From the NCBI RefSeq assembly GCF_964355755.1, contig NC_092672.1, positions 18,613,237 through 18,677,236 of the forward strand: a DNA stretch of 64,000 bases, given 5' to 3'. This document shows positions 51,601 to 61,780 of this stretch, piece by piece. The stretch comes from Antedon mediterranea. Lineage: Eukaryota; Animalia; Echinodermata. The position numbers and the translations under genes were made by a program. The first letter of the stretch is position 1; each line of letters opens with the position of its first letter. The notes below the pieces were generated by a model that was given only the letters and a program-made list of their open reading frames with translations, ran no database searches and was not told where the DNA came from.

Positions 51601-53965
51601 CATACTTCTAAACACCAAGTTTGATTATTTAGGACAAGTTTTATATTTAGAAACAAGTTTTATATTTAGGAACGTAATTTTACCGTACCTTTAGCAAATA
51701 ACGGAACTTAGGATACGGTACCGTATCTTTAGCCGTTCAATTAAATATTTTAAACTTAATTTTTCAGGAAATAATACATTTGAAAGTGTAGCTCACCTCA
51801 CTTTGTTTGACAGAGATTGATTGTTTTTAAATTAACTAAATTCATATAAAACTACTAGGCCTAGGCCTTTACATCAAAACAGAGTGAGCTGATGAATTAA
51901 GCAGTGGTGGCGCCAGCGGGGGGGCTACGGGGGCTCTAGCCCCCTCATCGGGGAGCCTAGCGCCCCCCCCCCCCCTCGGGGAACACGGGTACTTTTTGTC
52001 GGGGAATATAATATACAGTAAAAAACGTTCGCGTTCACTTCATATAACTTCAGCGCCTAGAAAACCATGACGTTCCATTAACCGTGAGAGTACGTCAGAG
52101 AGCTATTACAGTATGCACTTTTATGCATTCATTTATTGCCAGCGATCTAACTTACTACTAAACATTAGCTAGGTACGCACTTGTCTGGCAGTATCCCTTT
52201 GTACGAATCGTTCAACGTAGGGTCGAGACGCGTGATATCAAGTTCCATCCAGGGACCAAAATGTGTAATGTAGTTATTTTCCAGGCGAAGTTTACCGACG
52301 GTTACCGAAGGAAACACGGGTACTTTTTGTCGGGGAATATAATATACAGTAAAAAGCGTTCGCGTTCACTCCGTACTGTAGCTAGCTTCAGCGCCTAGAA
52401 AACCGCGACGTTTCATTGACCAGGAGAGTACGTCAGAGTGATATTATGCACTTTATATGCATTCATTTATTGCCAGCGATCTAACTTACTACTAAACAAT
52501 AGCTAGGTTCGCACTTGTCTGGCGGTATCCCTTTGTACGAATCGTTCAACGTTGGGTCGAGACGCGTGATATCATGTTCCATCCAGGGACCAAAATGTGT
52601 ACTGTAGTTATTTTCCAGGCGAAGTTTACTGACGGTTACGTCGTGTACTGCGTCGACGTACGCTACACTACAGCAAAAACGAATTAGGTTAATTGTTTGT
52701 ATGTTCACCAATTTTTTTAATTTACAAGTAACCTTCTGTATTGTGGGGCACCTAAAATAAATTTTTCATCCATTACTAAACAAAAAAACATGCCATTTTC
52801 GCTTAGCCAACATCTTATTATAGCTAAGTTATTACATTTTCAATGTCCTGTATGTCATGAATTTCTCACCACTCGGAAGTCCAGATGGTACGCACGCATA
52901 CACTTGAGAGGAATAAACTTATTTCCCCGACCGAAAAAGGTCTACGCTTGCGTTTTTTAAGCCTCTAGGCCTGATGTTTCGGAAGTATAAAATGCAATTT
53001 TTTGAAGACCTGCAGCTCTAGTTTTAAACAGTTTCTTAGCTCAGCCCCAACAATAAAGCTGGTCATATTTCGAAGTACAAGAAGTCCATTTTCCGGGACT
53101 AACATCTCTATTTTTCAAACATTTCTTAGCTCAGTCACAACCTTGATAGGGACTTATATATTTTGTTTCATGTTTTGAAGTATAATAAGTCAAACTTCCG
53201 GGACCTCCAACTCTATTTTTCTAAATTTTCTTTGAACTTTTATTTTTTAAATTGAAAAATATGGATTGAAACAGTCATCGCGCATCGTTTTTTTGCACGC
53301 AGTATTTTATTTATATAATGCATTATAAAAAATGGAAAAAATGGCTACCCTAAATCTGATTAAAATGACCTCAAATGACGCTAGAACGCGTTGCTTCCGG
53401 GGGCCCTTGGTGGCCCCCAGCCTAGTGATGCTCGCTTCGCTCGCATAGCCCCCTCGTCGGGGAATGTAGCCCCTGCGTCGGGAAGATCCTGGCGCCACCC
53501 CTGGAATTAAGGTGCAGGTCCTGGTGGGTGCATTAAATTTAATAGGCTATTACTTAATAACTATTGAATTTTTTACATTTTTTCGACAATCAATGTGTTA
53601 AGAAATAGATGTTTCAAAGGACAACTAATGTACAGTAGTGAGGTATTACTCGTGAGTAGGTTAAGATGAAGTATTGAAACCATTTTGAGTAATTTTAAGG
53701 GGTGGGTACGAAACTGCATTAGCGCCCAGTAGTGATACACATGTCATTGTTTGTAGGGGGCTATTTTTGTACCTCCATGCTATACCTAAGGGTCCAGCCA
53801 GTCAATAGGCCTAGGCCTCCTAAACCCACTCACTCCGCCACCTCCAGCCAGTCAGAGTAGAGCAGCAATCCATCCAGGTCTGGCCTGGCTTAGCCTACGT
53901 TTTTACTTACCGCTTGCACTACAATCTGAGCAAATTTCTGTTGGCTGTCTAGATTTTCCTCTCAT
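27692..53965 (-). CDS. GIT2: ARF GTPase-activating protein GIT (GIT1/GIT2 ortholog), 18 coding exons, 739 aa: ArfGAP zinc finger, ankyrin repeats, Spa2-homology domain, coiled coil, paxillin-binding C-terminus
   Basis: Exons in transcript order: 53965-53911, 46420-46284, 43930-43818, 42323-42224, 42049-41963, 40223-40093, 39451-39357, 37881-37787, 37553-37481, 34519-34422, 33868-33751, 33100-32949, 31473-31321, 30655-30386, 30003-29927, 29570-29355, 28311-28248, 27877-27692. All introns are GT-AG, phases are consistent and the total is 2220 nt. Motifs: [99 protein letters not shown]. GIT1 versus GIT2 cannot be distinguished. Confidence 0.96.
29089..29375. repeat. 57-bp tandem repeat, 5 copies, overlapping the GIT exon 16 donor
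   Basis: tcactccac starts at 29101, 29158, 29215, 29271 and 29328. Confidence 0.95.
29750..29885 (-). mobile_element. tRNA-derived SINE relic with conserved central domain
   Basis: cctgggtggagagaggca..gtaaagtgtcttgcc resembles the body of widespread invertebrate tRNA-SINEs. A decayed A box (tggtgtagtg) lies on the minus strand at ~29868-29880. Confidence 0.55.
30718..31344. repeat. 57-bp tandem repeat, ~11 copies, derived from the GIT exon 13 3' end and donor
   Basis: Unit aatcacacattaacccaccatagactgtaggacatggatttcaatatactgtacaat; the core catagactgtaggacatggatttc is identical to exon bases 31321-31344. Confidence 0.95.
32254..32345. repeat. 44-bp tandem duplication in GIT intron 12
   Basis: aaggcatc.aataagggt.caagcaacaccctatcgccataaca, twice. 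Confidence 0.85.
33205..33393 (-). mobile_element. Fragment of the repeat family seen at 765-950
   Basis: Colinear match including aagttattaataaaccaat, aagtatatacctat, gtgctaacaa and the terminal cttgg..ccaagtaacaaa hairpin. Confidence 0.65.
34581..37248. repeat. 69-bp minisatellite, ~38-39 near-identical copies, in GIT intron 9
   Basis: Unit taattctttaggtgcattcaatggcattggaacacgtcactttgttgctagaaactagttacatcatgg. Confidence 0.98.
38328..39302. mobile_element. Tc1/mariner-type MITE in GIT intron 7
   Basis: TIRs cagtattggtcagaggactttcgacattcc / ggaatgtcgaaagtgctctgaccagtactg, each flanked by TA. Confidence 0.85.
40817..40886. repeat. Near-perfect palindrome: 34-bp arms, one mismatch, 2-nt loop
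   Basis: atatggtaattttaatatgctcattggaaagatt-aa-aatctttcaaatgagcatattaaaattaccatat. Confidence 0.9.
43076..43383. repeat. 44-bp minisatellite, 7 copies, in GIT intron 3
   Basis: Unit aaatgagttagtatgagaaaaggagcgatggatgttaatagttt. Confidence 0.97.
49390..50560 (-). mobile_element. Internally deleted RTE-clade LINE in GIT intron 1
   Basis: RTE-type APE (ILGLCEMRW, HGVGFLV, IVQVYAPT, GDWNAKVG) is joined directly at ~49695 to RT C-terminal sequence (AYGMEISAEKTK, ETVNSFKYLG). Confidence 0.85.
51902..53503. mobile_element. Non-autonomous hAT-type DNA transposon (1602 bp) in GIT intron 1
   Basis: TIRs cagtggtggcgccag / ctggcgccacccctg. Perfect 8-bp TSD gaattaag at 51894-51901 and 53504-53511. Internal ~330-bp tandem duplication (~51981 and ~52313). 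No transposase. Confidence 0.9.
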
Positions 53966-54039
53966 TGTAAGTTTGCTCTTAACTAGTAGAGGAATTTTGC
54001 AAATAACCAAAATACATTGGATTTATGAACTAAAACTCC

Positions 54040-54155
54040 TCGGCTGTCGATCGACCAAACCCAGGTCGGAAGTTGTTTAGGAAAATACACTTCCTTATTT
54101 GGTTTGTTCGGTTTGTGTCAAAGGTTATTCAATCAAGAGTTGAGTGGGGGCGACA
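54040..54155 (-). promoter_or_regulatory. Probable GIT proximal promoter
   Basis: 75-190 bp upstream of the ATG at 53965. Contains ETS-like cggaagt (54067) and cacttcc (54088) and a GC-box-like gtgggggcg (54144). The TSS cannot be seen. Confidence 0.4.
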
Positions 54156-56573
54156 CAACAATTTACAATAATACTCTGAATATAAATCAATGTATTTCTT
54201 AATAGCTTTTACGTACGTAAATTGGTAAAAAAGGAACGTTAAGACGAAAAACAAGATACGAATTCATTGTTGACAAAGAAAGGGAAAGTTTTCAGTGCTG
54301 TAATATTGATTGATTTCACAATTATTTCTTGTTCAATATTGAAATTAGGCCTTAGTTAGGGCATGGAGGTACCTCCATGGTTAGGGTCGGTGAGCTGATA
54401 ATCATTCAATTCATTCACATATTATTGGTTTCCGTACGCAATGTAGTTATTATATCATCATCATCAGCATAATATGGAAGTTTTTATTTCTGTTTGTAAA
54501 AGTTGAAATAAATGTCCCTGATGTAGACCTAATATCACATTGCGGCCTAATAGGCCTACTTTGGTAATTACATTTACACTTTAGGCAGGGAGGTCCACCT
54601 CCCTGCTTTACCCACTTACTACACATTTATTAATTAAAAATGTGCTCTCAGGCCATTCTAATACTTATAGGCCTATTATTCAATTCACTTTGATTTTATA
54701 TTTACCTAATAATTATAGAAGGACTGTCTCATATTTTTAAAATTATATTTAATCTACCATATATTATTGTTATGCGAGGACATGAAAAATGAAGATTACT
54801 AAAAAAAAAAGATTTTGAATAGGCCATTTCGCAGTTTTACTAAAGCTAAATCACTTCGTAGAAAGAACTTTAACAAACATCACTTCACTCAAAATAAAAG
54901 GTTAAATTCAAACAAAAACTTATTGACTTACGATCCAATTATTGCTGATAATTATTATGATTTTTTTTTTCAGGGGACAATATCATCATTATGGGAGGCA
55001 TACGATTTGTAAAAACGAAGTACAAGCTCCCTGCCTGATATTTAGCTTTGATTTAAAATCCCTCTAACTAAAGACAGGATCTAGAAGTGGTCTTACCATA
55101 TTTAGGCCCCTAGAGCGAAATAAGTAAGAATGGTCACAGGCCTATCTTGCTTTCCAGAGTGAGGGTAAATGTAATAAGTTGGTTTATTTGTCCCCCTGTC
55201 CATTTTGAGCGTATTTAAAAAACTGCAGTATTTGCATAAATTTAAAAAGTCTATTTTACAGGGGACATTTTGGAAAATGTTCAGTTGGGTTCACCCAAAC
55301 TGTGGTCTTTAGTGTCTATTTAGAGAGAGTCTTTTAATTAGAGGGAGACCTGCATGATCCTTTCTCTCAAATGACGCTTGTTCAAATTAACTAACGATGT
55401 CTTCAATTAACTATTAAACAAATCTGTAACTATATTTTTATCTGCCACTGGTACGGTGAAACTGAATATAGCTGACCACTCAAAATATTGAGAGTTTTTA
55501 GTGGGGGCCTCTGTATTTTTAAAGATTTCTCGAAAATAGAGACTACAAAATTGAAAATGTGTAGTAAGAAAGAAATTTAAAAAAATGTGCATATTTTAAA
55601 TATATAAACATATTGTTGTTTGTAGGGCCTATATTTATATAATATTAAATAATTAAAGTGTTTGGAAGAACTGTTGGGTATCAAAAGCTCATGAAATAGG
55701 CCTATGCTTCTAAATATTTTGTTCTAATGAAGGTCTGTGTTTCTAAGAAGTTTTGAAAACAGAGAATCTATATTCAAATGTCCCAATATTTTTGTGCGTG
55801 ATTATCGATATTTCTCGAAAAAGAGATCGCCACTAAACTGATCAATATTGTGTACTTTAGAGAGTCTCTGTTTTTCAACAAATAATTTAAAAAACAGAGA
55901 CCATAAGATATCTCGAAACACAGACCCCAACTAAAACTTCTTAATATTGTGATCCCTATTTTCGTGAAATCTTTGAAAATACAGAGGCACGACTAGAACT
56001 TTTCAATATTGTGTTAAGCTCTATCTACTGCACTATCAAACTTTATGTGACAACAAATGTGATGTGCCCAATGGTAGTGATATGCTTAAATATGGTACTG
56101 ATAAGACTTCATCATGTCCATATTTGGGCACCTCACATTTTATACATGTCTCTGAGGATGACATAATCATATAAACAGTAAGGCAAATTAATAGGCAAAA
56201 TTAAATGTAAATTAAAAGTCAATTTAGCAGCCATTTAAAATGTTGATTGCCATCTAGAATTTTGGAGGACATTTTGGATTGGAACTCACATTCTAAATTA
56301 AAAGATACATGCCGAGGATGACATATCCACTTTAAAAAGTGGGGAAAGAACATTTTAATATCCATTATGAATACAGTTTATATACTTTTGCCAGCCATTT
56401 TGAATTTTGGACGCTATCTTGGATTTGGAAAAAAGTAAGCGTGGCTCCAAAGATTATAGTGTTTGGATGAAAATTCCAAGTGGAAAATTCCATTGAGAAA
56501 ACTGTGACAGAAAAAATCGCAGTTTTGTCCTGGTTTGGACCAGTGAAACATTTGATCTCCCATTTTTGTTTGT

Positions 56574-57350
56574 TTTTAGTCGCGTGGACGCGACTCTATA
56601 GTTCACTATGTCGGTCGGTTGGTCGGTCTGTCTGTCTGTCGGTCTGTCTGTCTGTCTGTCGGTCCGGTATCACTATGCGTTTTATCGCTTTCTGACCTTA
56701 TCTTGATATCAGTTTAATCACAGTATATTCCTTATGGCCAGGAATCGATGTGGTTATGTTTTCACGGTGCGCAATAAACAATTACGCGGTCTACGCACGA
56801 TTTAACGAAATCACGTTTGTAATCATATCTTCACAACCATGAATCACAATTAAATAAAATTTGGTACTCATAAATTTCATGTTCAGGGCATAAATCATCA
56901 TATGGCAATACAATTACGTGCGTAGCGCATGTAACGCATGCGTACGCGCGCTTAAAATTTTCACAAATTTATTTTCGATGAAACAAGAGTACGTTTCAGG
57001 AAATTTTAAGCGTTTACAAAATTGTGCGCATATTTTTGCGCGCGCACTGCGCGTTAAATGTTATTGCACACTCTTTTTGCCCGATTTCTGTTTTCTTGAC
57101 TTACTTTTCAACTCGAAATTACGTTATACGAGCACGTCAAAAGTGACAGGCTACGCACGTGTAAATTAAAAAAATATAAATGTTTTTAAACATTTCAACA
57201 TTTTTAAACATGTTCAGTAATTTCGGTCAGTATAGTTCACTATGTCGGTCAGTATAGTTCACTATGTCGGTCGGTCTGTCTGTCGGTCTGTCTGTCGGTC
57301 CGGTATCACTATGCATTGTAACACGCGACTTAATGGCTGTTGGCCTTGTT
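56574..57350 (+). mobile_element. Helentron-associated (HINE/DINE-1-like) non-autonomous element
   Basis: Sub-terminal inverted repeats agtcgcgtg / cacgcgact, a 5' hairpin agtcgcgt-gg-acgcgact, GTCY/GTCG microsatellite blocks and T-rich ends. Its interior is an inverted match to 9810-10260. Confidence 0.7.
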
Positions 57351-58518
57351 CTATTTAAATTCCTGTAGCCTAATTCCGTACCAAATTGCGTTTCAGTTTT
57401 GATATTGTAAATTTAACATTACTACATTATAGGCAAAATATTGGTAAAAATGTGTATTAAAAAAATATGCCATTAAGTTCCATTTTTATTAAAAATACAA
57501 TTCTTGAAAAATTGTAATTTTTGAAAAAAAATAAAAGGTTACCATTTTCACCCAAAAACTTTACAATTTTTACATGTAAACATATCTTTTTATATGATTG
57601 TTCAATTTGATGCCTCGCAATTTTTAAATTGTTATCTCTTTGTATTTTTATTGTTTGCTTATAATTATGTTCAAGTGCAGTATATGGAGAGCCATCTCGA
57701 TAGTGCTTTGCACTCATGGCAATCCTCAGGATGCTGCACCGCTGTCTTGTTGTCATGTTTTTTGTGTGCCTGAAAATTGAATAAAATAAATAAAATAAAT
57801 AAATCTTGTTTGGTATCATTAGATATATAATTAGAATTGCTATATATGATACTTTATTTGATAAAATATGTTACATCAGTCATAAGTTATATATAAATAC
57901 CAAATTTGACCTCGAATTTTGAGTGTTTCTATTTAAATGCGGATAATTCCGTACCAAATTACGTTTCAGTTTTTATATTGTAAATTTTACATAACTTATT
58001 GAAACATTTAAATTTTGGAGTATAACAAAAATATAAGTAGAAATAAAAAAAATTACAATTTTCACCTAAAAACTATACCAAGTTTGTATGTAAACATATC
58101 AAGTTTGCTATCATTAAATAGATAATTGAAATAGCTATTATACGATACTTTATTGATAAAATATTCTATAGGCCTACCAGTCACATGTATCTAAAAATTT
58201 GAAATATTTGACCTCTAATGACCCCTAAATTATATGTTCCACTAACCATATTTTAGTAGATTTTGAAAAGAAAGTGTCCTTATAGGTACTGAATCAGATA
58301 AAAAAAGGTTTTAAAACGATTGCAATTTGTTTTGGGTTACCCAATTCTCCCCCCCTCCCCCTAGATTTCCTGGACTAAATGTCCTTACTCGTCAAAAATG
58401 TTAATGCATGTATTCGTACAATGGCTACACGGATATCGTATAGAGGCGAGCCACGACGGTTGTCACGAGTAGTGTTCGTTCATAACCGTCTATGTTACAG
58501 TGTCTCTATCAATAGAAG

Positions 58519-60238
58519 TCATACGTTCGATTCTCCATGGTTCGATGTTGTCTCTGTTTCCTGCTCTGTCAGTCTGGTGACCTGTTCTTCTCCAATCATA
58601 TCTCCATGATATCTGTCCGCAGTATCTACGGTGGTTAGTAGACGTCGTCTAAACAAAAGCGTTTTGTTGTGTTGATCTGGCTTTACCATTCCACCAAAAA
58701 AAAAGTAACCGATGCCTGATCCAATAATCACAGTAGAAATTATGTGGATATTCATTGTCATAACAGACAGCATAATGAAATAAGCAACCACCATCTGCCC
58801 CATATGTACACAAGACACGAACATACGATATTGAAATCTGAAGGAAATAAAATAATTTGGCTAATTTATTATTAAAATACAGATAAATATATAACATAAG
58901 AATAAATAATAATAAAACATTTTTTTTTCACAAATTAAAAAAAACCCAAAATAATAATCATGCACATTGTATCTAAACTTACTATACATCGAAATTACAG
59001 TGACGTTTGACAAAAAGTAGGGCATCATTTTGTCTCTTTTTTTATCCAAATCTTAAATTATATGTATTACAAACAATACCAACAATGGTTAAAATATTTA
59101 TTTAAATATTCTAGACATCGGTCTCATTTATTTTCTCTATTAAAGCTTTCAGGCGAGAACCATGGACACTTTTCATTAAAAACACAATCCTGCCAGGATT
59201 CGAACCTGGAATCCCGTGATTCGTTGTCAGATACCTTATCCATTGGGATTACATTTACTTCCGATGTGATAATGGTTATTGTGGCCGTGTGCTATAACCA
59301 GACATAGATCTCACGTTATACAATTTCAAATATCTTCGTCAATATATTTACAATGCTTCTGTTTGCACTTAAACAAGAACTATTAATGTTCACAAATCTC
59401 CAATTTCACAACTGTTAATAGTCAATAAATAAAATAAAAAAACATCACGGTATATTATAATTTATATTATATACATGATTAGGCATAAACGTTGAATTAA
59501 AATGTGTAAGAGAGCGTCATATTTCAATCTTGATACACACCTTATTTCAGCGGCCAAGATTGTCTTGGTTTTAAAAATTTAATTTTGTGGATAGTGGGTT
59601 GTATCATCATGGAATTGTAGTTACAACTTCCTGATATTATTATTCATAGAAGAAAATACATGACATTGTAATTGGCTACACGATCGCGATTGTTATTTGC
59701 AGAAAAGGGAGTTTCTAGTTTTAATTGATTTCTATACCTACATGGTTATACAAATAAAATATATTTCAATATCAACTGGTTCACAATATAAAAACCATAC
59801 CTAAAGTCATTTAATGTACAAAATGATTACAATAAAAGAATAATAAAACTGCCTCAGCATCTATACAACTGATCGTTCCTATAAATTGTATTAATGCCGA
59901 TGCAGGTCATAACAGAAAAGAAGACTTCATATTAATATCTAGCCTATATTATTACCTCTGTGACCATTTTAATGCCACTAAAACTTTCTTAGCTTCAGAG
60001 GTAGGCACGTTCAACACGTCCCATCTGTTAGTTGATAGCTGTATGGAAAGTGTTCGTTTGAGCCCTTCTGGTATTGCAACCTGCTCATAAAATCCATTCC
60101 TCAGAGTACTGGTCAGGTGATTCATGTTTTTCTTTGCCATATAACATAGTGTTCGGACAGATGTATGTTTAGTAATACGTGTTATAGACTCGAAGAATAT
60201 TGTAAATATTAGAAGGCCGAGTAATGACAATATTAGAT
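58519..60238 (-). CDS. CTR/SLC31-family copper transporter, last two coding exons (N-terminal exon not found in the window)
   Basis: Exon 60238-59956 (DLILSLLGLLIFTIFFES..., TM1) splices AG|A in frame to exon 58837-58519 (HMGQMVVAYFIMLSVMTMNIHIISTVIIGSGIGYFFFG). This gives the MxxxM motif of TM2 and the GxxxG motif of TM3 typical of CTR proteins. Confidence 0.85.
59185..59258 (-). pseudogene. tRNA-Arg(ACG) pseudogene or SINE head in the CTR intron
   Basis: Minus strand reads caatggataaggtatctgacaACGaatcacgggattccaggttcgaatcctggcaggattg, colinear with metazoan tRNA-Arg(ACG). The 5' acceptor strand is lost, U33 is replaced by A and the stems have mismatches. Confidence 0.7.
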
Positions 60239-60759
60239 CTGCAAAATATGTAAACCAAGTTTATAATCATTAACACAGGCCTTTTTATACAAAATATACG
60301 AAATGCACTTATACAAAATAATTTGTATATATTTGATCTTAGAGATATCTTTATAGTCAATTAGGTTATTTGTGTAAATACTTTATTTGTCACTCTCATA
60401 AAATAATATATAAAAAAACATTATTAACAAATATGACAGAAAAGAGGATATTTTAGTAAAGTAATAAGTAAAGGTAGATTGTTCGAAAGTTTTTTGCGCC
60501 TCTAAAGTAAATGGTACAACTAAATAAAAAATTGTTTTCAAGCTTTGTATTTTTCATATGAAATAAAAAAAAAAAAACAAATTAGATACAAATTTTAGAA
60601 CGTGAATGTATTAACATTAACAACTTAAAGATATCTAAAATACGAAGTTGTTTAAATAATAGTACAAAATGAGCTTTATATTAATAGAAAATCACACAAC
60701 GAACATACATTTTTGGAATAAGAAGTAATTGATTTAAGTAAGTTTGTTTTGGACTCTAT

Positions 60760-60865
60760 TTTCAGTCGTGTGCGTGCAACGCGACTCTACAAAAATGTCC
60801 GTCGGTTGGTCGGTAAACATTAACTTGAGCACGCGACTGCAGATGTATATTATTATGGCCTTGTT
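60760..60865 (+). mobile_element. Minimal HINE-like element with the same ends as 56574-57350
   Basis: agtcg.gtg..acgcgactcta..gtcggttggtcggt..cacgcgact..ggccttgtt, with no interior. Confidence 0.6.
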
Positions 60866-60869
60866 AAAG

Positions 60870-61240
60870 TAATCGGTCAACAAAAGCAGCGGGTTGCCGC
60901 GTATACCATAGTGTTTGAGTTTATAAATTAAAATATCATGGTTGATCATGTCGAATGCTTTACTGAAATAAATAAAACGAGACCTGATCAATGTCAGAAA
61001 GTAATGTATGAGTTAAATTAATAAGCGATAATATTGTATTGTATTGTATTGTATTGTATTGTTCTTGTACTCGATCCGCACTGGTGATGTTCATAAAGTA
61101 ATTTCAATTTAATAAAAATCTTGGTACAAAAATTCATTTCGATAACTTTACTAATCACTGAAATTGGGCAGTAATTACCGAGGACATCTTTAATAATTGG
61201 TAGTAACTTTAAGTAAACTTTATTTATTGATTCCGACAAA
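60870..61240 (-). mobile_element. Small decayed LINE RT fragment
   Basis: GNYCPISVISKVIE and FSKAFDMINHDILIYKLKHYGIRGNPL. Confidence 0.7.
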
Positions 61241-61780
61241 AGAAATCACTTAGTCTATGCAAATTTTAACAAGGAATTCAGATTCCATTTAATTAAAAAT
61301 AATTACCGGTAGTTTGTATAATTTCTGGAGATTGAGCAATTATGAAGGATCAGATTATTTAAAAAACAAGAAGCGCCAGATAATTAAAAAGATTAATTAA
61401 AATTAAAGATATTTAGCTTTTCATGCAGCTAAGTTCATAATTTTAATAACGTCACGTTTTGACTCATAGCAATTATATGTTTAAAACTATTATTTTTATT
61501 CAATTGATTGGCTAAATGTATAAGTTATTATGACCAATGAGATTTCATGTAGATTGGCCAATATAATTACTCATTTGTTATTCCAGTTGCGATGTGCGTG
61601 TGTGATAAGGAAATTTAAAATACGCGAAGCGCATTCCATTCTTAATCACGCGCTCATCATTTTAAAAGTAAAGCAACATTATGATCACGCTAACGTATTT
61701 TTCAACAACCGGCAAGATCAGTTGATATAAAATAATATATTGATTATACATAGGCCTATAAATACATATTTCTTCTAAAG

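Noticed and set aside
59185-59258. Functional tRNA-Arg gene
   Set aside because: The acceptor stem cannot pair and the anticodon arm is mutated; kept only as a pseudogene.
61306-61350. Possible phase-1 first exon of the CTR gene (..ACT ACC G|gtaatt)
   Set aside because: No start codon context and no CTR-like His/Met or F..W motif; it adjoins LINE debris.
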